A DNA stretch of 62,975 nt. Origin: Bdellovibrionia bacterium (GTDB taxonomy: Bacteria; Bdellovibrionota; UBA1018; JBILEK01). The translations under genes were made by a program, and so were the position numbers. The first letter of the stretch is position 1. Every line of letters begins with the position of its first letter. The DNA lies in the NCBI GenBank assembly GCA_044352155.1, contig JBILEK010000004.1:1-62975 (forward strand). The letters are read 5' to 3'. This document shows positions 33,199-42,337 of this stretch, piece by piece. The notes beneath the pieces were generated by a model. That model saw only the letters and a list, made by a program, of their open reading frames with translations. It did no database searches and was not told where the DNA came from.

Positions 33199-35511
33199 AT
33201 GACATCTGTGCGCGGTCTTGCGAAAATAAACGCCCGGGGGAGCATACAGATTTTCAGGCTTTTTAAACGCTTTCAAACCTACCGAAAGTCTGAGCGCGGC
33301 CAAGCCACACTCATGGTCGCGCTCATGCTGCTGACTTTCTTGCAGCTTTTTACGTTCGTCGTAAATATTGGCGTTGTCGTCAACGCAAAGATCAACTTGC
33401 AAAACGCTGCCGATGTCGCAGCCTATGCAGGTGCTGCGGTTCAGGCGCGCCAAATGACCCAGATTGCCTACACGAACTACGAGATGCGTCGGCAGCTTAA
33501 GAAATTTCTCTTCCGTTACTACGTTCTCGGCACGATGTCGCAATTGAGTTTTCCAACGCCAGATAAATTGATTTTTCCAGCGCCAGGTAACCCTAAGGTC
33601 GACACAGGACAGAGACGCACTTATCGTCCGGAAGGCACCCAAATGGCGTATGAAGCCCCCGTGCTTTGCATATCATTTAATCCCAGAGACAATTTCTGCG
33701 CTCTGACTGATCTTCCTGCAATCAAACCTAATCCAGTTAATCCACTCGACTCGATCTCAGCAACCCTCGCTCAACAGCTCAATAACCTCGAAAAAATTAG
33801 GCAAAATAGCTGCGGGAGTATCGCTTTCACAAACTGGATGCTGCTGAGCTCTTGGCTCTACAACACGGACCCCACCTTAGAGAACTTAAAGAACCTCTAC
33901 AGCAGCGGGGGAGGAGCGAGTGACGAAAAGCTCCGAAAGACCGTGGAAAACATCGGCTACCTTGCTGCTGGGATTGGACTGATTCCTAAAGAGTTCATTC
34001 TTTCCCAGAGAATCAAAAACCTTCAGAAAATGGTGAACTCTCCTCGCCAAACTCGTGTCACTTTAGATCGTGTTAGCTCTGAGTTTAACTCGAGCGCGGC
34101 CTCTCCCTACTACGAGCGCACAACGCAGGCGTATCTTTCTGCGTTTTGGACGCTTGGGGGACCTGGTCAGGCTTCGGATTCTCAAGGTTTTTTTGCGTTC
34201 CCTGGAAAAGGAGCGGCTTACGTGGAGATGGACGAACTGCTCCCGGGAGGAAGCAACGAAGCAAGCCTGCTTGAGTTAGAGGAGTTAAAAAGCTCGTTTG
34301 AAGTCTATTACACGCGCTTCGCTCAGGATGGCGGAGAGGAAGTTCCACGAATCATTCCCAACGTGAGCGAGCAGCCTGCGAGCTGCAACCCTGTGGCAGG
34401 ACAGTTTGACATCAAAAACATGCCCGTGGGTTTTTCGAAAAAACCCGAATCGATGGTCTACTACGCCGTTCGACTTCGCGCTAAACCACAACTGATGTTT
34501 AACCCCTTTGGGGATAAACTTGAGTTCTCAGCCTACTCGGCTGCCATGCCGTTTGGATCACGAATTGGTCCTCCCTCAGACCCTAACCTGCTCGGGAGCT
34601 CGTTTCGGGGGGAGCTCAATCCTTTCGTCAACAACAGGGATAGCCCAGGAGGACGACCCAGTTTTGTGCAACGAGAGCTCTGTCCGGATTGCCAAGGGAT
34701 TCCAAACCTCCCGCTTCTTGAGGAGGGCGATAGTCTTTCTCTAGGGTTTAACAGTGTCGACGTTCAAAGTAGCTTGTTTAGGGTACTCCAAGGGGACAGT
34801 ACGCTTCAAAGTCTGAATCAAAAAGACATCGATCGCGCAGTGAGTGCTGCCATGGCCCCGAACCCCTGGGAGGCTGGCCGATATGCGATCCCCTTTGACT
34901 TCGATCCCCAGTCTGGTAGCGCTGGATCGCCCGACGCTTTCACTCGACACTTTGGCGAAAAAGGCTTTCATGTTTTCTATGCGCCCCTCTCACCTCCTGA
35001 GACGGGCCAATCGGACTACAATCAAGTCCTCGAAGAAATGAGCTCTTTGTTTGAAGGCATTCCACAACCGCAAGTACGACGCGCTCTATCGGATCGAATC
35101 CAAGTTTACCTCTCCCAGCTCGGGCAACGTGGACAGCCCTGCAGAGGGGAGGATCTCGCAGACTCAGACCCCAACACACAAGGCGTCAAAGAGTGTCTTG
35201 AGACGATGCAGATCCATGACCCAATGCGCACCGTTACAGGAGAGCGCGTTTTGACGCTACCCGGTGGATGGTCGAAATACGTGATTCGCGACACGGCCAA
35301 AATCAAAAGCTCTTGGAGCTCCTTAAAGCACGCCGAGTACGCCGACGCAGGGCGCTCTGGGTATAGCGTACGGTTCATCCCTCTTAAAGCGATCACCTCA
35401 GGTGGAAGTCAAGACGCGCGCGGGAGCCTGAGTCATACGGGCGTCAATTTTTTCTCAAACCCGTACAGCGGCGCGGGAGGAGATGAGGAGCTAAAAAGCA
35501 TCGAGCATTAG
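33199..35511 (+). CDS. Large TadG-like protein (Tad_N / Flp-pilus-assembly TadG N-terminal anchor), remainder uncharacterised
   Basis: The N-terminus FKRFQTYRKSERGQATLMVALMLLTFLQLFTFVVNIGVVVNAKINLQNAADVAAYAGA matches the TadG N-terminal pattern (RG-hydrophobic helix-LQxAADAAAxAGA). The protein is 770 aa with 8 Cys. Confidence 0.7.
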   Translation: MTSVRGLAKINARGSIQIFRLFKRFQTYRKSERGQATLMVALMLLTFLQLFTFVVNIGVVVNAKINLQNAADVAAYAGAAVQARQMTQIAYTNYEMRRQLKKFLFRYYVLGTMSQLSFPTPDKLIFPAPGNPKVDTGQRRTYRPEGTQMAYEAPVLCISFNPRDNFCALTDLPAIKPNPVNPLDSISATLAQQLNNLEKIRQNSCGSIAFTNWMLLSSWLYNTDPTLENLKNLYSSGGGASDEKLRKTVENIGYLAAGIGLIPKEFILSQRIKNLQKMVNSPRQTRVTLDRVSSEFNSSAASPYYERTTQAYLSAFWTLGGPGQASDSQGFFAFPGKGAAYVEMDELLPGGSNEASLLELEELKSSFEVYYTRFAQDGGEEVPRIIPNVSEQPASCNPVAGQFDIKNMPVGFSKKPESMVYYAVRLRAKPQLMFNPFGDKLEFSAYSAAMPFGSRIGPPSDPNLLGSSFRGELNPFVNNRDSPGGRPSFVQRELCPDCQGIPNLPLLEEGDSLSLGFNSVDVQSSLFRVLQGDSTLQSLNQKDIDRAVSAAMAPNPWEAGRYAIPFDFDPQSGSAGSPDAFTRHFGEKGFHVFYAPLSPPETGQSDYNQVLEEMSSLFEGIPQPQVRRALSDRIQVYLSQLGQRGQPCRGEDLADSDPNTQGVKECLETMQIHDPMRTVTGERVLTLPGGWSKYVIRDTAKIKSSWSSLKHAEYADAGRSGYSVRFIPLKAITSGGSQDARGSLSHTGVNFFSNPYSGAGGDEELKSIEH

Positions 35512-35570
35512 AGCGCTTGCGCTCGAGCTCTTGTTCGGACTATCGTCAGGTCGAACGAAAGGACCTCCTC

Positions 35571-36116
35571 ATGGCGACGAAAAAAAAGAAAAAACCCGCG
35601 AAAAAAAAAGCAGCTCCTAAGAAAAAAGCCTCAAAAAAGAAGGCCGCTCCCAAGAAAAAAGCCTCCGCGAAGAAAAAAGTAACCGCCAAGAAAAAAGCCC
35701 CTAAAAAAGCGGCCCCAACAAAACCCAAGTCAAAGCTCACGCAAAAAAAACCCGCTTCCAGTAAACCTAAAATCAATCTCGCAGCCGTCGGTGCTGCTGC
35801 AGCTGCAGGTGGAGCCGCAGCCACTTTCGTGCAATCGAGTAAGAGCTTTGGCTATAGCTCCTCCACACCAGCTCCGAAAGAAAGTGATCGCGACGAAGAG
35901 TTTGAAGAAAGCTCCGAGGACGCCATGAGCCACGTCGAGGAGTACACCGAAGAAGATCAAGACGAAGAAATCGACGAAGACGAAGAGTCCATGTTGGGCT
36001 CAAGCGAAGAAGAAGAAGAACTCGAAGAGGACGAAGACTTCGACAGCGACGAAGACCTCGATAGCGATGAAGAGGAAGAGGAAGAGGAAGAGGGAGAACA
36101 AGAGGACGAGGAGTAA
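35571..36116 (+). CDS. Charge-bipolar low-complexity protein: poly-Lys/Ala N-terminus, Ala/Gly hydrophobic centre, poly-Glu/Asp C-terminus
   Basis: The ATG at 35571 gives MATKKKKKPAKKKAAPKKKASKKKAAPKKKAS..., then INLAAVGAAAAAGGAAATFV, then ...EEEEELEEDEDFDSDEDLDSDEEEEEEEEGEQEDEE. The 18 upstream codons of the ORF track are rejected. Confidence 0.6.
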   Translation: MATKKKKKPAKKKAAPKKKASKKKAAPKKKASAKKKVTAKKKAPKKAAPTKPKSKLTQKKPASSKPKINLAAVGAAAAAGGAAATFVQSSKSFGYSSSTPAPKESDRDEEFEESSEDAMSHVEEYTEEDQDEEIDEDEESMLGSSEEEEELEEDEDFDSDEDLDSDEEEEEEEEGEQEDEE

Positions 36117-36146
36117 GAGCACTCGATCTGACTCGACTTTTTTGCT

Positions 36147-37487
36147 TTGGAAATTCGAGATCCCCTTCACGGAACTGTAATCATCGAACCTGGCGAACTG
36201 CCGGTCCTTAACTCGCCCTACGTCCAGCGTTTGCGCGGGATCAAGCAAGTGGGCTTCTCAGAGTATTCGTTTCCAAGCGCGACCCATAGCCGTTTTAGTC
36301 ACAGCTTGGGCGCGCTTGAAACGATCACTCGTGCGTGGGAGGTGCTCGAGAAGCGTGCGTTAGGAATGCTTCCTAAGCGTTTCCGTAGGCTCTTAAGGCT
36401 TACCGCTCTCTTACACGATATCGGACATGGTCCACTCTCCCACTCCACCGAGTTTGCGATGCCCGAAGTGGGGGCTCTGAAGCTCCCTAAAAGTCTCACA
36501 CAAGATTTAAAGCGCCGAGCGACGCATGAGGATTACACGCTTAAGATCTTGCTCGACTCAGCTCTCACTCCGCACCTTAAAACTGCAGGCCTAGCCGATG
36601 GATTTCAAGCAATTCACCTCGCGGCTCTCTTAGAGCCAAGTGTTGATCCGGCGGATGATTTTTTTATAGATCACGTTGAAGGTCAGCGTATCGACTTTCG
36701 CCCTCTGCTTGAGCAGCTGATCTCAAGCGAGCTTGACGCAGATCGTATGGACTACCTCAGGCGTGACAGCTTGCATGCCGGGGTGAGTTATGGACAGTTT
36801 GACTTTGATTGGATCGTCCAAAATCTTACTCTCTCGCTTGATCGTGGAAAAGCTTATCTCGCCATTGAGCATCGAGCGCTTTATGCGTTTGAGGACTTCT
36901 TGCTCTCGCGGCTCCACATGTTCTTGATGGTTTATTTTCACTACAAGAGCGTGATCTACGAAGAGATGCTCAAAGCATACATGCAGACAGAGAGTTGCAC
37001 TTATAGGATTCCAGCCGATATCGAGAGCTACCTGAGCTGCGACGATGCCGAGCTCGCCTCACACCTTGCGTCCTCTAACGATGCCTGGGCTCGCCGGATC
37101 GCTCAGCACCGCCCTCTCAGAAGAGTCGTCGAAATCCACAGCGGCATCCCAGCCACAACCACTGCACATCAAGAGCAAGAGCGCTTGCTCAATCGCACCG
37201 AAAACGCTCTGCGCGCGCAAAAGATCGCCTACCTCCGCTCTACCTCGCGCGGAATACTTTCAAAGTACTTTGGGCGTGCTCGGCACCCTCTCCTCGTCCG
37301 CTACGATAACTTGGTAAACCCAGCGTCCTTTATCCCTCTTGAGAAATGTACGGATCTCTTTCGAAAATCAAGCGAGCCACGCGTCATCACTCGAATCTAC
37401 GCAGACGAAAAGGATCTCGAAGCCTTTCGTCCGATCAAAAATTTGCCGCTCCGATTTGAGGATCCCGAGACTCGACTGGATTTCTGA
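36147..37487 (+). CDS. HD-domain phosphohydrolase, COG1078 / SAMHD1-EF1143-like dNTP triphosphohydrolase family
   Basis: Motifs IRDPLHG, YVQRLRGIKQ, HSRFSHSLGA, LLHDIGHGPLSH and DADRMDYLRRD. The start codon is TTG. Confidence 0.85.
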   Translation: MEIRDPLHGTVIIEPGELPVLNSPYVQRLRGIKQVGFSEYSFPSATHSRFSHSLGALETITRAWEVLEKRALGMLPKRFRRLLRLTALLHDIGHGPLSHSTEFAMPEVGALKLPKSLTQDLKRRATHEDYTLKILLDSALTPHLKTAGLADGFQAIHLAALLEPSVDPADDFFIDHVEGQRIDFRPLLEQLISSELDADRMDYLRRDSLHAGVSYGQFDFDWIVQNLTLSLDRGKAYLAIEHRALYAFEDFLLSRLHMFLMVYFHYKSVIYEEMLKAYMQTESCTYRIPADIESYLSCDDAELASHLASSNDAWARRIAQHRPLRRVVEIHSGIPATTTAHQEQERLLNRTENALRAQKIAYLRSTSRGILSKYFGRARHPLLVRYDNLVNPASFIPLEKCTDLFRKSSEPRVITRIYADEKDLEAFRPIKNLPLRFEDPETRLDF

Positions 37488-37509
37488 TTCGAAGTAAAAT
37501 TTAAAAAAA

Positions 37510-38397
37510 ATGAAGCAAATCTGCTTTGCTCTCGGTTTTCTTGCACTTTCCCTAAACGCTCGCTCTGATGAGTTGACGCTTTACTTCGTGCCCTCCCCTG
37601 TCGCGATCAACTGGAGCTCTCCCGGAAGCATGATCTGGGACGTGCTGAGCGCCCAAGTCTCAGGCAAGTCTCACTCGATTGGTCACGTCAATGTACGTAT
37701 CGACTGTCCCTCACTCGGGCGCTCCGTTTTGACTGGGATGACGAGCGATAGCGACTCAGAAGAGCGTGAACTGCTTCTTCATCGCGGATACGGGTTAGGG
37801 GTACTTTTTCATACGTTTAGAGGCAGACTCGACCGTGCGCACGAAATTGAGAGCGATCTACGCGAAATGGCGCGCACTCAACGACTTTCCTCGATGCGGT
37901 ATGCGATCTCCTCTCCGACCTGCTCTCGGCTCTTAGAGTTCTTTGACGGTTTTGTCGCGCATGGAGACGACCTTAAGTACGGTCTACCTAATCGACCACG
38001 CTTCAGAGAGGGCTCCGGATGCTCTGCTTTTGGTGCCAGTTTTTTAGAGCTTGCTGGATTGATGGACGATGAATTCCGCGCTTTTTGGACGCAGCAAAAG
38101 CGCGTCCCCGAACATCTGATCGGCGGTCCTCTCACCGGGGAGCACGTGGGAGTCCGTGATCTCCTTGACGCTCAAAAAAACTCGCGCTGGGCTTTCCCGT
38201 ATTTCGAAAAAGGTTGGGATATTTTTTTCTGGGATCCCGATCGGATGCACGCGTGGGTCCTTGCAACCTGGAAGCGCGAAAAACAAACTCTTAAGCCCTT
38301 ACGCCGCTATCAGCCTGAGGAGCTCCTGGGCGCGCCAAATCTCTTTAAAGACGCACGCAAACACCCAACGCCTCGCGAGCCCATCTGGAAGGACTAG
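37510..38397 (+). CDS. Secreted hypothetical protein
   Basis: Signal peptide MKQICFALGFLALSLNA. The protein is 295 aa. SIGHVNVRI ... GSGCSAFG might be a His/Cys hydrolase dyad, but this is speculative. Confidence 0.5.
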   Translation: MKQICFALGFLALSLNARSDELTLYFVPSPVAINWSSPGSMIWDVLSAQVSGKSHSIGHVNVRIDCPSLGRSVLTGMTSDSDSEERELLLHRGYGLGVLFHTFRGRLDRAHEIESDLREMARTQRLSSMRYAISSPTCSRLLEFFDGFVAHGDDLKYGLPNRPRFREGSGCSAFGASFLELAGLMDDEFRAFWTQQKRVPEHLIGGPLTGEHVGVRDLLDAQKNSRWAFPYFEKGWDIFFWDPDRMHAWVLATWKREKQTLKPLRRYQPEELLGAPNLFKDARKHPTPREPIWKD

Positions 38398-39236
38398 GCT
38401 GATTTTTTGTCAGACTCGCTTTTGATCTGATGCCGAGGCACATCGGGGACCAATCCCTTACCGGTCGTCAGCAGGCGCGATGCCCACTGAGTGAAATCCT
38501 CGTACCACGCAACTCGTCCGGAGCGCTCTTGAACGCCTAAGAGCTGAAGCGCTTTGACCATGCGGCGCACGTTTCGGAGCGCAAAGTCGTCCATGTCGGT
38601 AAACTGCACACCAAAGCCTTTGGTCTCGGGACGCGCTTGATGCACGACTTTGGCCTTGGAATGAAAGTTCAACGCGTAGAAGTTAAAGCTCACAAACACA
38701 TCTTCTTCTTTGTTGAGCTTTTGTTCAGTCTCGATAAAGACTCCCCCCTCAGACACATTCACGATCGTGCACTTTGCGGCTCCAAAGCTGCCTTGCAAAT
38801 CTCCAGAAAGCCGAAGCTCGTATCTAGGTTTAGCCTCCCACCAACGGAGTTTGGGGTTAAAATAAACTGCGCGCACTGCTGGAATCAGAAAGTACGAAGC
38901 CAAACCAATGTTCACCATGTACGCAAACACCAGGAGCGGCAAACTAAACACGCTCGGGTAATAGTACCAAGTCTGGTAGTTGCGGTAGAACGTCCACATC
39001 ACCACTGCCAGGAACACAGGGTAGCTCCACTTTTTCATCGCCCAAAGCGCATACCCTGCAAGCGGAAAAAGACCAAAAAAAGTCACGATCTCAACCCAGC
39101 TTTTTGTCTGAAAAAAAAGCTCCAAGTACTTCATCAAACTCAGTTTTTGAAGACTGGCTGAGAGAGCAACGTTTGTGAACGGAGCGAGCACTTGCGTGAT
39201 CGCAAGAATGACCAATGGCCAAGGACGATGTCTCAT
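38394..39236 (-). CDS. Membrane-anchored PilZ-domain (c-di-GMP-binding) protein
   Basis: The N-terminal ~130 aa are polytopic. PilZ motifs are RxxxR (KPRYELR) and D/NxSxxG (NVSEGG), followed by FVSFNF...GFGVQF. Confidence 0.7.
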   Translation of the reverse strand: MRHRPWPLVILAITQVLAPFTNVALSASLQKLSLMKYLELFFQTKSWVEIVTFFGLFPLAGYALWAMKKWSYPVFLAVVMWTFYRNYQTWYYYPSVFSLPLLVFAYMVNIGLASYFLIPAVRAVYFNPKLRWWEAKPRYELRLSGDLQGSFGAAKCTIVNVSEGGVFIETEQKLNKEEDVFVSFNFYALNFHSKAKVVHQARPETKGFGVQFTDMDDFALRNVRRMVKALQLLGVQERSGRVAWYEDFTQWASRLLTTGKGLVPDVPRHQIKSESDKKSA

Positions 39237-39335
39237 ATAGAAACCTCTTCGGTCGCAACCTTTTTGAACTCTACGTTAAAGTGTACTGGAGTCTTAGGAT
39301 TTCCCAAGTGCCGGATCTTTGACGTAATTACTGAC

Positions 39336-40634
39336 TCACTTCAGGAGCGGAAGCAGCGCGCGCAACGATGCGCCCGAAGTCTTGGCCATCGCAAGCAAAG
39401 CGCGTGATGCGCTCAACTGAGCGTCGGAGTAGGCGATTTCAGCGCTTAACAAGTTTTTCTCGTTCTCAGCTAGAGGCTGATACGCCGAACGTCCATACCG
39501 ATAGTCCGAGCGTGCTTCTTTGAGTGCCTCTTGTGACTGGGAGAGCGCCTCTTGCGAGGACTCGAGCACAGCTAGAGCCATATCCAGATCATACCGGGCT
39601 TGGACGTACTCGAGTCCCAAGCTATCTCTGAGCGCCTGCTCCTCAAGTTCGCGTTGCGCAGCAAGCGAGTTGAGCTGACGTCTGAGATGGAGCGAAGAAA
39701 GACCAGAGAAAATCGGCACCGAAAGCTCTAACCCAAACTGCCAGCGTGTGTTTTGACTCTCAAGCAGACCTGACATCGTCGTTGTGGATCGGCCCATCTG
39801 ACCGGTCAGGGAAAGCTGCGGGTAATGCACGCCTAACTCGAAGTTTTTTTGATTGCCCACTCGATCAATCGCAAGCTGAGCGCGCTTAAGCTCACTCCGC
39901 GCGGCGACCGCAAACACCGGGAGATCCTCACGCTTCAACGGTTTAAGCTCGCCTTTGACCTGGATTTCGGACTGATCTGAGATCCGCAAAAGCTTTGCAA
40001 GCTCAGTGGCCTGAACGCGTAAATCATTCTCAGCTTGAAGGATCCGCGGTCTTAAAAGTGCAAGCTCGGTTTTTTGCTGAAGATACTCTAACCTCCTTGA
40101 AGTCCCAATGCGCAGTCGGTTGGAAGTGACTTTCAGGAGCTCTTCTTGAACTTTTTGACTTCGTCTCAGACTCTCGATCTTGGTTTGAGCGTGAAGGACG
40201 CCTAGAAAAGTAAGACTCACTCTTTGAATGAGGTCGCGCTCTTTCTCCTCTGCAGTTAGACGCGCAAGCTCTCGATCGATTTTAGCCATTGAAAGCCCCG
40301 AGAACGTGCGTCCGCCCGTAAACAATGGCTGACTCGCCAGAAGAGTTAACCCATAAGCGTTAAATGACTCTCCGTTAAAACGGGCGAGACCCGATCCAAG
40401 CGCGTCTTTCATTTGGTACCAAGTTCCGCTGAGCTGAACGCTCGGAAACAAAAGCGAAATCGCAGCAGACACCATCGCATCCGACTGTTGTACTGACTCG
40501 CGCGCCGACTGAAGCAGGGGCTCCCGCTCAAGGGCGACCTCAACGGCGCGATCAAGCGTCCAGCGCTCTGCCCGCACGGGCAAAGAAAAAGCGAGTAAAA
40601 TCAAAGCGAAAACTGCTGACGCTACTGTTCTCAT
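39336..40634 (-). CDS. TolC-family outer-membrane efflux protein
   Basis: The ATG at 40634 gives the signal peptide MRTVASAVFALILLAFSLPVRA. There are two repeated alpha-helical/beta halves with typical OEP patterns (TLDRAVEVAL..., P.LSLTGQ...). Confidence 0.85.
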   Translation of the reverse strand: MRTVASAVFALILLAFSLPVRAERWTLDRAVEVALEREPLLQSARESVQQSDAMVSAAISLLFPSVQLSGTWYQMKDALGSGLARFNGESFNAYGLTLLASQPLFTGGRTFSGLSMAKIDRELARLTAEEKERDLIQRVSLTFLGVLHAQTKIESLRRSQKVQEELLKVTSNRLRIGTSRRLEYLQQKTELALLRPRILQAENDLRVQATELAKLLRISDQSEIQVKGELKPLKREDLPVFAVAARSELKRAQLAIDRVGNQKNFELGVHYPQLSLTGQMGRSTTTMSGLLESQNTRWQFGLELSVPIFSGLSSLHLRRQLNSLAAQRELEEQALRDSLGLEYVQARYDLDMALAVLESSQEALSQSQEALKEARSDYRYGRSAYQPLAENEKNLLSAEIAYSDAQLSASRALLAMAKTSGASLRALLPLLK

Positions 40635-40735
40635 CGGATGAAATCGAATATCAGAGTTTCTTACTAAAAGGTAGAAAACGGGTGCCGCTCTCCATAAATT
40701 GACAAGGAGCGGCGCGCTGCGGTACTCCCCCATCC

Positions 40736-41674
40736 ATGAGACTGAGCCGCATCGCTTTTGTTACCGTTTTGGGTAGCCTCTTTTTTTTGAGCTCCTGCGC
40801 GAAAGATCGTGATCAAGAGCAGTTTGAGCGCGAAGAACTCCAACGTCGACTCAATATCTATGACTCAATCAGCGGCTCTTATGAAGGACGCTCCCAGTCC
40901 CGGTGGACTGGCGATGAGGCAAAATTTCGGATCGATCTTTGGTCAGAGACACGCACTACTCCAGGCGCAGGTACGCGCGAGACTCAAGAGCGTCCTGAGC
41001 TGTTAGCGCGTCTTTACTTTGCTGCAGAAGTTCAGCTGCAAATGGTGTTTCGAAATGTGTCCTACAATGAGCAAAATGGACTGCTCACTGCTGAAACCAA
41101 AATCAAGCGACTCGATGGCACCGAAGAGGATCTCAAGCTAACTGCCACGATCACCAAGAACGGAGTGCGTGGCACTTTAGGGACACTCGACTACTTTGAC
41201 TACGGCTATGGCTTTGATCTTCAGAAAAAATCAGATCAAAGCGCACCCTTTGCGTGGCCTGAGTTAAGGCGTGAGCGCATGATCCCGAGCACTGTTGAAC
41301 TTGAAGGCCGAGGCACCTGGGGAGAGATGGAGAACAAGGTCTGCTCCCTTTCGATGATGATGCTTTCAGGGACACCGGAAGCGGAACTGTTGCTCCTTCT
41401 CTCTCCGATCCGACGGTTACGGGGATCATTGAGCTTTGATTTACGCTCGATCACGCTCGCTTACAGCGTCCTCATTTGGGACTCGCGCGTTGGCAAACTC
41501 ACAGGAGTGGGATCGACTTTGAGCGGTGGAAACGAAATCACTTATGCGATGGACTGCATCGAGGATCGACGTCCTGACATGGGCCGATTTGAAATGGGAG
41601 ATCTTCAATGCAGGCAAGTAATTTCTTCGCGCGGAGGAGTCGCAAAGTTTAAACTCTCGGGGAGGCGGCCTTGA
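40736..41674 (+). CDS. Lipoprotein (hypothetical)
   Basis: Lipobox FFLSSC after the signal peptide. The protein is 312 aa with no recognised family. Confidence 0.55.
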   Translation: MRLSRIAFVTVLGSLFFLSSCAKDRDQEQFEREELQRRLNIYDSISGSYEGRSQSRWTGDEAKFRIDLWSETRTTPGAGTRETQERPELLARLYFAAEVQLQMVFRNVSYNEQNGLLTAETKIKRLDGTEEDLKLTATITKNGVRGTLGTLDYFDYGYGFDLQKKSDQSAPFAWPELRRERMIPSTVELEGRGTWGEMENKVCSLSMMMLSGTPEAELLLLLSPIRRLRGSLSFDLRSITLAYSVLIWDSRVGKLTGVGSTLSGGNEITYAMDCIEDRRPDMGRFEMGDLQCRQVISSRGGVAKFKLSGRRP

Positions 41675-42333
41675 AACTGCTGAGTCTTTTTCTGTTCATT
41701 TTCTCGCTGAACGCACAGGCCGATGCGATCTCCTCAGACTCGCTCCAAATCTCAATCGCTCCCCGCGCACAGTTTGAGAGCGAGCTCCCTCGTCGCGTAC
41801 CGCGCGTCTTTGTGCGCGAAGCACACCTCAAAGCGGGACTTTGGAGCCCAAAGAGCGCGCGCTTGGAAGCAATGATTCCTGATGCTCCGGTGTTTGCCGC
41901 CCCGGGAGCACTCTCCTCATTCGCGCTTCAGCTGCAAGAACCCCTCTGGGAGACCCAAAAAGCGCTTGGAGTAGGAGTCATTTTTGGCGCACAAGTTCGC
42001 CTGCTTGAGCGCACAGCTCGAGGCCAGTCGCAAGCACTCCAACTCTGGTCAGCGCCCATCGGGATTGAGACCTCCTATCTGCCGCTTGCCCGAGGACCTC
42101 GCGTGCATCTGAGAGCACAAGCGCTGCCGAGCCTGGGGCTTTTGGAGCGCTCTCCGATGAGTGATCGCGCCTCGCTGCGCGCGGTTGGAGCGCTATTGAC
42201 GTTTGGACTCTCTCAGTCGTTAGGAGGAGGCCAGTCGCTGATGTTAGGTTACGAGCTTCAATCCCTCTCAATGGGGGGCGCTGACTTTAGTGGCGATGGC
42301 TTGACTCTCGGCTGGGTCGCTAGGATCGATTAG
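41671..42333 (+). CDS. Secreted, possibly beta-barrel protein (hypothetical)
   Basis: TTG start with a GGGGAGG SD, and a TTGA overlap with the upstream gene. Signal peptide MKLLSLFLFIFSLNAQA. The C-terminal half is Gly/Leu-rich and strand-like. Confidence 0.5.
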   Translation: MKLLSLFLFIFSLNAQADAISSDSLQISIAPRAQFESELPRRVPRVFVREAHLKAGLWSPKSARLEAMIPDAPVFAAPGALSSFALQLQEPLWETQKALGVGVIFGAQVRLLERTARGQSQALQLWSAPIGIETSYLPLARGPRVHLRAQALPSLGLLERSPMSDRASLRAVGALLTFGLSQSLGGGQSLMLGYELQSLSMGGADFSGDGLTLGWVARID

Positions 42334-42337
42334 GCGA

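Noticed and set aside
36135-36147. T-run CTTTTTTGCTTTG after the bipolar-protein gene as a terminator
   Set aside because: No complementary stem precedes it, and it overlaps the TTG start of the HD gene.
38637-39161. 174-aa plus-strand ORF inside the PilZ-protein gene. Similar cases are 2245-2742, 16555-17022, 19602-20120, 49642-50190 and 52738-53214.
   Set aside because: All are fully embedded antisense or out-of-frame in better-supported genes, and their translations look random.
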